From: Nemertoderma westbladi
Lineage: Eukaryota; Animalia; Xenacoelomorpha
Length of the DNA: 64,000 nt
Reading direction: 5' to 3'
Assembly (NCBI GenBank): GCA_032718475.1
Contig: JAUCBJ010009113.1
Location: 11,722 to 75,721 of the forward strand
Shown here piece after piece: positions 32,984 through 48,100 of the stretch; positions within the stretch are counted from its first letter, which is position 1, and each line of letters begins with the position of its first letter. Made by a program: the position numbers and the translations under genes. A model generated the notes under the pieces. That model was given only the letters and a program-made list of their open reading frames with translations, was not told where the DNA came from and searched no databases.

Positions 32984-33906
32984 ATAAATAATAAGCAAAT
33001 ATTAATTATTTAATATTTGCAAATCTAATAAATCAAAATCTGTAAATTCAGATCCTTCAACAATTCTAGTCAATTAAGATATCGTAGCATTTACCGATAT
33101 TCTTAAAAAGACAATTGTCATAGAATTAAGGATCTTGTGTCCCCAGACATATTCTAGAATCAAAATATGTCCATTTAATTATCAAATAATAAAATTTCAG
33201 GGAATAATTTAAATTCATGCCTTTTAATGAATTTAATAAATTGCCATTTTTACGCAATTTATAACATTCCCAAAATTCCATTAATTAATAGATCAAGGGA
33301 GCGGAGATTTATCTTATTATGCCTATGAGTGTGCGAAAGTCTCCCAAACATAGTCAATAGCCGATAAAATTCATAAAGTCATGTATAAAACCGAACATTG
33401 ACTATTAAAGAATACTATTAAATAACATCCCAGATCTGTATGCATTGGAATTACCCTAATTCTACCGCTAGCTTTGCATAATGTCACCATAGCAACAACC
33501 ACGCTAGAATTAGAATTGAGTTAAAAGAACAATAGAAAGCTTGTCCCATTGAATAGCATAGGGAATAAATAGCGCACTACTAGTATCCAAGGATACATAA
33601 TAATACAGTGACATTCTGGAAGGCATTGACTAACGGACAAATGGCCCGAATGTGCGTAGTTGTGACCAGTTGTGTGGTATTTGTGAGTTTATAGGTGAAT
33701 GTTACTGCTAAGGTGTGTTTACAGTAGCTAGTCGCAATCGTAAAAGTAACCTAACTCTCCAAGGAAAACCTGAAGTACATCTAAGCCTTTGGGACGGACA
33801 GTTGAGTGACTTGTGCCGGTTGTCGTTGTCGTTGTGCGGCTACGTCGTTGGCGAAAGTACAGCGGCGACGACACATCGGCGCTGAGGATCTCGTACTGTC
33901 CGGGGG

Positions 33907-34290
33907 TTGATTGGGGTAGGCAGCGACGCCCGCTCGCCTAAATGTGGACTCATTATAATATGGACAAACTCATATATAGCAAATATGACGGAGTTGATAG
34001 AAGATGGTCTTGGTATCGGGGAGCGATATACTCTACTTTTACAAGCGTTTGTTGATAGCTTAATACGCGGCGACGTTAGTCCAACTGCTGCGGAGGACGA
34101 TGGTCGTTATATCGAACCGCCAATGTCCCAAGAGCAGCTCACGCGTGAGTTGGACTACAGAAAATTCGCTGCTCGATATACGCAGCGTAATGGTACGTAT
34201 ATGGGCTTCTTAACTACTGGTCATCCTATCGATTTACACAATACGGACTATGTCGACTATATATCCTGCCCAGCGGAGTCGGAACCATAA
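33907..34290 (+). other. Possible remnant of an accessory ORF in the outer element 3' region
   Basis: Protein-like ORF (MTELIEDGLG...) in a balanced-GC segment between the truncated pol and the 3' LTR. No recognisable motif. Confidence 0.35.
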
Positions 34291-35346
34291 ACTGAAATTC
34301 GAATGCGAAAATTCTATTCGAAATCGACTCGAAAGAAAAGACACTAAAGAAACAAATGGACGCGGTAACTCCAACGTATATTTGGAATTCTTGATAGAAG
34401 CATTGTAACAATAAATAAATATCACCGCGTTTACCTTACCAGACGTGCGTCTTTGGTATTATTACGATAAATGCCCTAGACCCAACTAATAAACGGAAAG
34501 ACATAAACATCCACGGAAACCGAAACTTGTTGACGTATCACCTATGCTCACTCGGCTCGAACGATCCTGGAGTAAACCTACGATCAGAGTCCCGGAATAC
34601 TCGGTCAAACCTCCTCATTCCTTAGTTGGACCTCAGACCTGCGATCCTGGTGGTGTCGCGGATCCTCGCGGACTGTATTCACTGTTCAAGATCTAGTGCT
34701 ACCCTAACAATTAATCGGTAACACTCCGACAGTGATTTCTAGCTAGCCGCCCATCTTACCTAGCCGGATTGTGACGCGGACACCTAATATCATTATCCAA
34801 CCGGATGGTTGTCCCCGTTTAACGCGATACAACCCCTCATCAAGGTGAAGGAGAGCGTTGTACGAAACGAGTTAAACGCTATTCTATAAAGATCAAAAAA
34901 GAAACCTGCGTTTGTTCAGATAAACGTAAGTTATAACAGTAAGTCCAATCGATAAACGAATTGGCCTTATCTCAATTCGATTGGGAAATCCAGAATCTCT
35001 AAGAAGTTATCGAACTTGGACGATCCTATTCTCTGCGAGAGTTTTTGGATGAACGTATCCAGCTACGAGCGGAGGAAAATCAGCTCGAGGAGAAGCATAT
35101 CGAAACGGCAGATACCTCGACCACAATCCTACACCTTCTGATGCAATCATATTGCACCCTTCACCCAGGAGTTATGGCCCTCCTAGTAAAGTGGCTCCCC
35201 CCAAAGAGAAAAAGACTCTTGCTAGCCTCAAAAAACTGCGTAAACGCCGTCTGCGTAAGAAAGGCTAACTGTTTAGAGTATCTTTATATTTTAGAAACTG
35301 TGATTTGTTATATTTTATAGACTTAAATCCCATTTTCTGGGAGCGG

Positions 35347-36538
35347 TGTAAAAGCTTTTGCGTAATTAGCCGGTTATTTTCCCTTAAAGTACTCTGTAGT
35401 TGGTTTGCCAGGCATAAAAAGGCCGTGCCCTTGCTGTACTGGTGTTTTAGGGGACATAAAAGTCATTTCTTATGTATTTGTACTGTATTTGTACTTTAGA
35501 GGACATAATCCACAATCTCGTGACGCAATAGCTGGATACTTTGAAAACAGTGTCGCTACCATGACGACGGCTAGCAGCTGATATTGCCACGTCGACGTTT
35601 CTTTGTTTCTTTGTTCTCTCGTTGTTCAGGTTGACCAATCAGAGCGTTTGTTGTCTCTGTGTTGAAGGTGTATACAGAAACTCAGTAGTTCAGTGTTATG
35701 TTTTTGCCCAGAGCCTAAGAACCGGCTTTTGGCACCTCCGTGTTTTCAGTTTTAGTCTTACACTAGTAGGCTTAATTATAAGGACATATATCCGTTATCT
35801 GATGTCTGATCACTGCATTTATCACAACATAACATACCATACCTAATCAAACAACCTGTGCATACTTTTATATTGTTATACTGCTATTTACTGTCAGTTC
35901 TTCATAATATGGTTGATGAATTATTATATTTGGAATAACGATAAATAACCCCGAAACCCAATATTCTTGATATACCGAAGGTAAGAGAGAAGGGTTACAT
36001 ATAACAATTGTGACTTATGTTAAAGTGGTTTGAAGTGAATCTAATGTTATTTGATAGACCCTACATGATTCGGTCCGTGTTCCTTTTATATATAACTAAA
36101 ATCAGTGAAGATCGGCAGATCAGTGTGCAGTATTGTGCAGCATTGTGTATGAGTGAACCTGATAACGAAGCATTTCCTAAAGAATGCGCCATATATGTGA
36201 ATTATAACTAAGCCATATCGTTGTGAGTAGTTTAAGTCATAACTCTGTGTATATAGATAGAGCGCCACGTCCTAAAGGAACTGTTAATATTTCCCGAAGG
36301 TGAATAATATTGTCAGAGATTATACTGTCAGTCGAATAATACATTAAGCTTACATAGCAATAAGATTAAGCCGTCGAACCCAATCTCCCGGGTATATCCA
36401 GCGGGTGAATGATCGCGCACAGATTGGTTTCGACTAGTGTAGTGAATTAAATACTTGTCATAGACTAAAAGTGATTTATTATCTAGAAGACATCCTAATT
36501 TGGCGGGTTAAACTGCCAAAGGTCTGAAAGCGCGAACA
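35347..36538 (+). repeat. 3' LTR of the outer element (1192 bp)
   Basis: Direct repeat of 7476-8672, preceded by GGGAGCGG and followed by the TSD GACAC. Confidence 0.95.
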
Positions 36539-36543
36539 GACAC

Positions 36544-37041
36544 AATCCAAGAAGCAATATACCGTCGGTAAAGGCGATCCCGCCCATTCAGTTACTACAC
36601 ACCTCTACCAATCAACTGAGATGCGATGGTGGATTGCTCGTATTTTATAGTCGCATCAACGGTGTCATCGCGGTTGGAAGTGATTATTATTACGGATTCG
36701 GAGATCCCGAACGATCTTACTTTCTAGGCGTGAGTAATGTCTTAAGGCTGACACGAGGGGATGATTATTGTTTCGTAAAGGTCGATTTGGGTAACTCAAC
36801 GAGAATCTACAGTAACTTTACTGTGGCGCGTGGATATAAGCTAAAGATTACAAATTATAACAATTCACATAATTCTGGTGATCTTACTAAAGAAGAATAC
36901 GACCTCACTCGCCCGAATAACACGAAGTTTGACTTCGGTAGCGGATGGTGGACTGGAGGTGGAGGTACTCACCCAAATGAATGGGACCCGAAGAATGAGA
37001 ATTTAGAGATGAAACTGAAATGTCTAGAGTTACAAATATAA
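36544..37041 (+). pseudogene. Divergent fibrinogen C-terminal (FReD) domain, 3' part of the LTR-disrupted gene
   Basis: The frame is open from the TSD: ...LRCDGGLLVFYSRING...DYYYGFGDPERSYFLG...RLT...KVDL...YSNFTV...YKLKI...SGD...GSGWW. This follows the FReD motif order GGWxVFQRRxDG / YxxGFG / FWLG / YxxFxV / YKL / GWW. Confidence 0.75.
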
Positions 37042-37651
37042 AAGAACAAACTGTAGTGTAGCAGTAGGTTACTTATTGTTATTGTATTACACACAAACAT
37101 AATTTACATAATTTATTAATAATTTTATAATACAATAATAATACAAATCAAGAATCAAAAATCGCTCGACATTGGAGTGCATTTTTACGCTTGATGCTAT
37201 CTTCAACCCGGAAGATAGCATGGGGGAATGTTAGCGGATCCATTCCGCTATGCACTCCCATTTCAAAGTGGATCAGGGGCCAATTTAGAAGTATTGGCCA
37301 GAACAAACATCAGGCTAGTAAGTGAGGTTATCCTTATTTAGACGGCTTTTTCTTTGCTTCCAGTTCCCATTATCCTCCATTATCCATTACAACCTTTGGT
37401 CGCCTAGCTGTATGAGTCTATGTTGTTGCTAGTATTGCATATAAACTCACTATCTTTATCCCAACAACGGGCTCAGAGGGGTGGTTTTTAATTGTAACAT
37501 CAGTGTTGGGGGGTTCTATCACTACAAACTTCATTATCAATTCTAACCTCCTTAACATTGTTTTCCAGATTGTCCGTACTTTTTGGATGTGGATGGAAGG
37601 ATCATGAGTAGCGGTGGGAGGGGGTGGTTGGATGTGTGTGGGGCGAGACAC

Positions 37652-38347
<696 letters not shown>

Positions 38348-39141
38348 ATACGTGCTGCGCGAAGTCCCCACGAACGTGTTGGTGGTGTGTGGGTATAGGT
38401 GAGTTACTAATGTCGAATTTCTCACACATAAATAAGATTATGTGTGGGTGTGTTGACATGAGTTTGGTGTCAAATCCTCTCACACAAAAATGGGGGTGTC
38501 GATTCTCTGCTCACACAGAAATAAGATTGGTTGTGTTGGTGGGATGACATGATTTACTGGTACCAATAATCTCACACACGATATTTATAAACTATGAGAG
38601 AAATTTAAACAGTGCTAGGTGCTGTAGCTATATATTCCTGCTAATTGCTGCTTTTCCTGTCTTCTAAAATAATCAATGCTACCCTAGCGACTTGAAGTAG
38701 ACTAAGTCTGCGGTACATACTAAAATATACAGTAGAACGACGGCTGTAGAACGACAAACAGTGCTGGGCATAGCGGCTGTTTGAATTTCCCACCTACTGT
38801 AATATTTGAATATCATAAACAAATACTGTAGAATGTGAGAGGATTCACACCAGTAACTCATATCAACCCCCCTCGCCCCTCACTATTTATGTGTGAGTGT
38901 GAGAAGATCGACAGTGTATTATTACTGTCAGTCAATCCAACACACTCAAACGTATTTATATGTGTGAGATGATTAACAACGTCATGTCATTCCTTTCACA
39001 GAAACCACTTGAGTGTGAGAGGAGCGGCATGGCAGTTGTCGTAGGCCTATTCATTAGCATAGAATACTGGAATAGCCTGCGATCGTATTTACCTATCGTA
39101 TTTGAGTCAATCATATGCGCTGCTCCTGTCACAAGCTTAGC

Positions 39142-42100
39142 CAATAGTATCTACATCATTGTCCAGAATAGGGTGTTTCCCTTCACTTCTATGGGGCTTT
39201 CTATTATTCCTACCTGTCCCAAATACGTTGTCTAATGATTTCCAACCTGTCCAATATAGGGGCATCCAATCAAATCATCATATGAGCCAACTCCTCTTCA
39301 TCGGACCAATACCAACATTCCTAAAGTTAGGCATCTCCCTTATTGGCTATATAATGTAAAGGTTAATGGAAAATTCCACTGATATATAATCCAAGTGTCA
39401 ACTACGAATCCAGGGCTCATTATAACAACCTATACTGGACAGAGCAACATATTTGGGACAAGAGCTGGTTGAGGTATATGTACAGTGGAAATTCCCATTC
39501 TAAATAAGGGCATTTGGAGTACTTGTTCCCTAGTTATGGTTAAAGATATACTGTGGGTGCCTTGCAAATGGCCTGTAAGACTGTGATGCATTATAGGCTA
39601 TAGTGTCATCATAGTCACGTTATTTAATTTAATGTTGTACAATTTATTCATATTTTGCAATTTATCATGTTGTGCAATTTATTCATTATGCAATTTATTC
39701 ATTGTGCAATTTATTCATGTGGTGCAATTTATTCACTTATAATAAATCTAAATACATTCGTATATTAATAATTAAATGACAATCAAATTAGTGATATCGC
39801 AACCTCCTCCCCCGGACTCAACTTCATCCCAAATAGTCCTTAATAAGTCTTAAATTTGAATCAAATAGGTTGTTAGTGTCTCATATAGGGTGTTTGTGTC
39901 CCATATACGTTGATTTTATCCAAAATAGCCTGTAGCTTTATCAAAATTATTTCAAATGGTTTATAAATGTAAAGGAATACTGAAAAGAATATTGACTTCA
40001 TAATCATAGCTTTACTTCCAATTTGTCCCAAATAGGTTGTTTATGTCCCATATAGGGTGTTTGTGTCCCACACAGGGTGTTTTTATACCAAATAGCATGT
40101 AACTTTCTCAAAATGATTTTACATCGTTTATAAATATGATGGAAATACTCAAAAGAAAATAGAATTCACTATCATAGCTTTAATTTAAATTTTAATTAAA
40201 AGTTTGTCCCAAATAGGATGTTTTTGTCCCATATAGGGTGTTTGTGTCCCGTATAGAGTGTGAATTGCTTATAATGATTTCAAATAGTTTCTAAATGTAA
40301 TGGAATACTCAAAAGAATATAGAATTCACTATCATAGCTTTAATTTCAATTTGTCCCAAATAGGTTGTTTTTGTCCCATATAGGGTGTTTGTGTCCCGTA
40401 TAGGGTGTGAATTGCTTATAATGATTTCAAATATTTTCTAAATGTAATGGAATACTCAAAAGAATATAGAATTCACTATCATAGCTTTGTAGGGTCCCAT
40501 ATAGGGTGTTTGTGTCCCAAATTGCGTGTGACTTTCTCAAAATGATTTTACATAGTTTATAAATATAATGGAATACTCAAAAGAAAATAGAATTCACTAT
40601 CATAGCTTTAATTTCAATTTGTCCCAAATAGGTTGTTTTTGTCCCATATAGGGTGTTTGTGTCCCAAATAGCGTGTTACTTTCAAAAAATGATTTTAATT
40701 AGTTTCTAAATCTCATGGAATACTCAAAAGAATATAGAATTCACTACCATAGCTTTAATTTCAATTTGTCCCAAATAGGTTGTTTTTGTCCCATATAGGG
40801 TGTTTGTGTCCCGTAAAGGGTGTGAAATGCTTATAATAGATTTCAAATAGTTTCAAAATGTAATGGAATACTCAAAAGAATATAGAATTCACTATCATAG
40901 CTTTAATTTAAATTTGTCCCAAATAGGTTGTTTTTGTCCCACATAGGGTGTTTGTGTGCCAAATAGCGTGTGACTTTCTCAAAATTATTTTACATAGTTT
41001 ATAAATATAATGGAATACCGTACTTAAAAGAAAATATAATTCACTATCATTTTTTCTTTAATTTAAATTTGTCCCAAATAGGTTGTTTGTGTCCTGTATA
41101 GGATGTTTCTGTCCTGAATAGGGGAATACAGCTTGCCAACACATTGTTGCTGAATAGGGTGTACATTTCTTATAATGATTTTATTTAAATAGTTTCTAAA
41201 TGTAATGGAATACTCAAAAGAATATAGAATTCACTATCAGAGCGTTAATTTAAATTTGTTCCAAATATGTTGTTTGTGTCCCAAACTAGATGTTTGTGTC
41301 CTATATAGGGTGTTTTTGTCCCATATAGCGTGTGACTTTCTCAAAATGATTTTAAATAGTTTCTAAATCTCATGGAATCATCAAAAGAATATAGAATTCA
41401 CTACCATAGCTTTAATTTCAATTTGTCCCAAATGGGTTGTTTTTGTCCCATATAGGGTGTTTGTGTCCCGTATAGGGTGTGTTTTGCTTATGATGATTTC
41501 CAATAGTTTCTAAATGTAGGGGAATACTCAAAAGAATAGCGAATTCACTACCATAGCTTTAATTTCAATTTGTCCCAAATAGGTTGTTTTTGGCCCATAT
41601 AGGGTGTTTATGTCCCGTATAAGGTGTTTGTATCCCAAATAGCGTGTAACTTTCTCAAAATGATTTTAAATAGTTTCTAAATCTCATGGAATCCTCAAAA
41701 GAATATAGAATTCACTACCATAGATTTAATTTCAATTTGTCCCAAATGGGTTGTTTTTGTCCCATATAGGTTGTTTGTGTGCCAAATAGCGTGTGACTTT
41801 CTCAAAATGATTTTACATAGTTTATAAATATAATGGAATACTTAAAAGAAAATATAATTCACTATCATTTTTTCTTTAATTTAAATTTGCCCCAAATAGG
41901 TTGTTTGTGTCCTGTATAGGGTGTTTCTGTCCTGAATAGGGGAATACAGCTTGCCAAACACATTGTTGCTGAATAGGGTGTACATTTCTTATAATGATTT
42001 TAAATAGTTTCTAAATGTAATGGAATACTCAAAAGAAAATATAATTCACTATCATAGCTTTAATTTAAATTTGTCACAAATAGCTTGTTTATGTCCCATA

Positions 42101-45100
42101 TAGGGTGTTTGTGTCCGAAATGGCGTGTGACTTTCTCAAAATGATTTTACATAGTTTATAAAGAAAAAATATTTTTTTTATTATTCCATTATATTTATAA
42201 ACTATGTAAAATCATTTTGAGAAAGTCATACGCTATTTGGGACACAAACACCCTATATGGGACACAAACACCCTATATGGGACATAAACAACCTATTTGG
42301 GACAAATTTAAATTAAAGCTATGATACTGAATTATATTTTCTTTTGAGTATTCCATTATATTTATAAACTATGTAAAATCATTTTGAGAAAGTCACACGC
42401 TATTTGGGACACAAACACCCTATATGGGACACAAACACCCTATATGGGACATAAACAACCTATTTGGGACAAATTTAAATTAAAGCTATGATAGTGAATT
42501 CTATATTCTTTTGAGTATTTCCATTATATTTATAAACTATGTAAAATAATTTTGAGACAGTCATAAGCTATTTGGCACACAAACACCCTATATGGGACAA
42601 AAACAACCTATTTGGGACAAATTTAAATTAAAGCTATGATACTGAATTATATTTTCTTTTGAGTATTCAATGAGATTTAGAAACTAATTAAAATCATTTT
42701 GAGAAAGTAACACGCTATTTGGGACACAAACACCCTATATGGGACACAAACAACCTATTTGGGACAAATTTAAATGAAAGCTATGATATTGAATTCTATT
42801 TTCTTTTGAGTATTCCATTACATTTCGAAACTATTTGGAATCATTATAAGCACTTCACACCCTATACTGGACACAAACACCCTATATGGGACACAAACAA
42901 CCTATTTGGGACAAATTTAAATTAAAGCTATGATAGTGGATTCTATATTCTTTTGAGTATTCCACTACATTTCGAAACTATTTGAAATCTATTATAAGCA
43001 CTTCTCACCCTTTACGGGACACAAACACCCTATATGGGACAAAAACAACCTATTTGGGACAAATTTAAATTAAAGCTATGATACTGAATTATATTTTCTT
43101 TTGAGTATTCCATGAGATTTAGAAACTAATTAAAATCATTTTGAGAAAGTAACACGCTATTTGGGACACAAACACCCTATATGGGACACAAACAACCTAT
43201 TTGGGACAAATTTAAATGAAAGCTATGATAGTGAATTCTATTTTCTTTTGAGTATTCCATTACATTTCGAAACTATTTGGAATCATTATAAGCACTTCAC
43301 ACCCTATACTGGACACAAACACCCTATATGGGACACAAACAACCTATTTGGGACAAATTTAAATTAAAGCTATGATAGTGGATTCTATATTCTTTTGAGT
43401 ATTCCACTACATTTCGAAACTATTTGAAATCTATTATAAGCACTTCTCACCCTTTACGGGACACAAACACCCTATATGGGACAAAAACAACCTATTTGGG
43501 ACAAATTTAAATTAAAGCTATGATACTGAATTATATTTTCTTTTGAGTATTCCATGAGATTTAGAAACTAATTAAAATCATTTTGAGAAAGTAACACGCT
43601 ATTTGGGACACAAACACCCTATATGGGACACAAACAACCTATTTGGGACAAATTTAAATGAAAGCTATGATAGTGAATTCTATTTTCTTTTGAGTATTCC
43701 ATTACATTTCGAAACTATTTGGAATCATTATAAGCACTTCACACCCTATACTGGACACAAACACCCTATATGGGACACAAACAACCTATTTGGGACAAAT
43801 TTAAATTAAAGCTATGATAGTGGATTCTATATTCTTTTGAGTATTCCACTACATTTCGAAACTATTTGAAATCTATTATAAGCACTTCTCACCCTTTACG
43901 GGACACAAACACCCTATATGGGACAAAAACAACCTATTTGGGACAAATTTAAATTAAAGCTATGATACTGAATTATATTTTCTTTTGAGTATTCCATGAG
44001 ATTTAGAAACTAATTAAAATCATTTTGAGAAAGTAACACGCTATTTGGGACACAAACACCCTATATGGGACACAAACAACCTATTTGGGACAAATTTAAA
44101 TGAAAGCTATGGTAGTGAATTCTATTTTCTTTTAAGTATTCCATTACATTTCGAAACTATTTGGAATCATTATAAGCACTTTACACCCTATACCGGACAT
44201 AAACACCCTATATGGGACAAAAACAACCTATTTGGGACAAATTTAAATTAAAGCTATGATACTGAATTATATTTTCTTTTGAGTATTTCATGAGATTTAG
44301 AAACTAATTAAAATCATTTTGAGAAAGTAACACGCTATTTGGGACACAAACACCCTATATGGGACACAAACAACCTATTTGGGACAAATTTAAATTAAAG
44401 CTATGATAGTGGATTCTATTTTCTTTTTGAGTATTTCCATTATATTTATAAACTATGTAAATTCATTTTGAGAAAGTCACACATAATTTGGGACACAAAC
44501 ACCCTATATGGGACACAAACACCCTATATGGGACATAAACAACCTATTTGGGACAAATTTAAATTAAAGCTATTATACTGAATTATATTTTCTTTTGAGT
44601 ATTCCATTATATTTATAAAGTATGTAAAATCATTTTGAGAAAGTCACACGCTATTTGGTACACAAACACCCTATATGGGACACAAACACCCTATATGGGA
44701 CATAAACAACCTATTTGGGACAAATTTAAATTAAAGCTATGATAGTGAATTCTATATTCTTTTGAGTATTCCATTACATTTCGAAACTATTTGAAATCTA
44801 TTATAAGCACTTCACACCCTTTACGGGACACAAACACCCTATATGGGACAAAAACAACCTATTTGGGACAAATTGAAATTAAAGCTATGGTAGTGAATTC
44901 TATTTTCTTTTTAGTATTCCATTACATTTCGAAACTATTTGGAATCATTATAAGCACTTCACACCCTATTCCGGACACAAACACCCTATATGGGACACAA
45001 ACAACCTATTTGAGTCAAATTTAAATTAAAGCTATGATAGTGGATTCTATTTTCTTTTGAGTATTTCCATTATATTTATAAACTATGTAAAATAATTTTG

Positions 45101-48100
45101 AGAAAGTCATACGCTATTTGGCACACAAACACCCTATATGGGACAAAAACAACCTATTTGGGACAAATTTAAAGTAAAGCTATGATACTGAATTATATTT
45201 TCTTTTGAGTATTCCATGAGATTTAGAAACTAATTAAAATCATTTTGAGAAAGTAACACGCTATTTGGGACACAAACACCCTATATGGGACACAAACAAC
45301 CTATTTGGGACAAATTTAAATGAAAGCTATGATAGTGAATTCTATTTTCTTTTAAGTATTCCATTACATTTCGAAACTATTTGGAATCATTATAAGCACT
45401 TCACACCCTATACCGGACATAAACACCCTATATGGGACACAAACAACCTATTTGGGACAAATTTAAATTAAAGCTATGATAGTGGATTCTATTTTCTTTT
45501 TGAGTATTTCCATTATATTTATAAACTATGTAAATTTATTTTGAGAAAGTCACACATAATTTGGGACACAAACACCCTATATGGGACACAAACACCCTAT
45601 ATGGGACATAAACAACCTATTTGGGACAAATTTAAATTAAAGCTATGATAGTGGATTCTATTTTCTTTTGAGTATTTCCATTATATTTATAAACCATGTA
45701 AAATAATTTTGAGAAAGTCATACGCTATTTGGCACGCAAACACCCTATATGGGACAAAAACAACCTATTTGGGACAAATTTAAATTAAAGCTATGATACT
45801 GAATTATATTTTCGTTTGTTTATTCCATTATATTTATAAACTATGTAAAATCATTTTGAGAAAGTCACACGCTATTTGGGACACAAACACCCTATATGGG
45901 ACACAAACACCCTATATGGGACATAAACAACCTATTTGGGACAAATTTAAATTAAAGCTATGATAGTGGATTCTATTTTCTTTTGAGTATTTCCATTATA
46001 TTTATAAACTATGTAAAATAATTTTGAGAAAGTCATACGCTATTTGGCACACAAACACCCTATATGGGACAAAAACAACCTATTTGGGACAAATTTAAAT
46101 TAAAGCTATGATACTGAATTATATTTTCTTTTGAGTATTCCATGAGATTTAGAAACTAATTAAAATCATTTTGAGAAAGTAACACGCTATTTGGGACACA
46201 AACACCCTATATGGGACACAAACAACCTATTTGGGACAAATTTAAATGAAAGCTATGATAGTGAATTCTATTTTCTTTTAAGTATTCCATTACATTTCGA
46301 AACTACTTGGAATCATTATAAGCACTTCACACCCTATACCGGACATAAACACCCTATATGGGACACAAACAACCTATTTGGGACAAATTTAAATTAAAGC
46401 TATGATAGTGGATTCTATTTTCTTTTTGAGTATTTCCATTATATTTATAAACTATGTAAATTCATTTTGAGAAAGTCACACATAATTTGGGACACAAACA
46501 CCCTATATGGGACACAAACACCCTATATGGGACATAAACAACCTATTTGGGACAAATTTAAATTAAAGCTATGATACTGAATTATATTTTCTTTTGAGTA
46601 TTCCATTACATTTCGAAACTATTTCGAATCATTATAAGCACTTCACACCCTATACCGGACACAAACACCCTATATGGGAAACAAACAACCTATTTGGGAC
46701 AAATTTAAATTAAAGCTATGATAGTGGATTCTATTTTCTTTTGAGTATTTCCATTATATTTATAAACTATGTAAAATCATTTTGAGAAAGTCATACGCTA
46801 TTTGGCACACAAACACCCTATATGGGACAAAAACAACCTATTTGGGACAAATTTAAATTAAAGCTATGATACTGAATTATATTTTCTTTTGAGTATTCCA
46901 TTACATTTCGAAACTATTTCGAATCATTATAAGCACTTCACACCCTATACCGGACACAAACACCCTATATGGGAAACAAACAACCTATTTGGGACAAATT
47001 TAAATTAAAGCTATGATAGTGGATTCTATTTTCTTTTGAGTATTTCCATTATATTTATAAACTATGTAAAATAATTTTGAGAAAGTCATACGCTATTTGG
47101 CACACAAACACCCTATATGGGACAAAAACAACCTATTTGGGACAAATTTAAATTAAAGCTATGATACTGAATTATATTTTCTTTTGAGTATTCCATGAGA
47201 TTTAGAAAATAATTAAAATCATTTTGAGAAAGTAACACGCTATTTGGGACACAAACACCCTATATGGGACACAAACAACATATTTGGGACAAATTTAAAT
47301 GAAAGCTATGATAGTGAATTCTATTTTCTTTTAAGTATTCCATTACATTTCCAAACTATTTGGAATCATTATAAGCACTTCACACCCTATACCGGACATA
47401 AACACCCTATATGGGACACAAACAACCTATTTGGGACAAATTTAAATTAAAGCTATGATAGTGGATTCTATTTTCTTTTTGAGTATTTCCATTATATTTA
47501 TAAACTATGTAAATTCATTTTGAGACAGTCACACATAATTTGGGACACAAACACCCAATATGGGACACAAACACCCTATATGGGACATAAACAACCTATT
47601 TGGGACAAATTTAAATTAAAGCTATGATAGTGGATTCTATTTTCTTTTGAGTATTTCCATTATATTTATAAACTATGTAAAATAATTTTGCGAAAGTCAT
47701 ACGCTATTTGGCACACAAACACCCTATATGGGACAAAAACAACCTATTTGGGACAAATTTAAATTAAAGCTATGATACTGAATTATATTTTCTTTTGAGT
47801 ATTTCATGAGATTTAGAAACTAATTAAAATCATTTTGAGAAAGTAACACGCTATTTGGGACACAAACACCCTATATGGGACACAAACAACCTATTTGGGA
47901 CAAATTTAAATTAAAGCTATGATAGTGGATTCTATTTTCTTTTTGAGTATTTCCATTATATTTATAAACTATGTAAATTCATTTTGAGAAAGTCACACAT
48001 AATTTGGGACACAAACACCCTATATGGGACACAAACACCCTATATGGGACATAAACAACCTATTTGGGACAAATTTAAATTAAAGCTATTATACTGAATT

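Larger units (their letters stand above)
7476..36538 (+). mobile_element. BEL/Pao LTR retrotransposon (outer element), pol internally truncated, carrying a nested insertion
   Basis: Two ~1.2-kb direct repeats with TGT...ACA ends; 5-bp TSD GACAC at 7471-7475 and 36539-36543; purine tract GGGAGCGG just before the right LTR; BEL-type gag-PR-RT ORF on the + strand. Confidence 0.95.
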
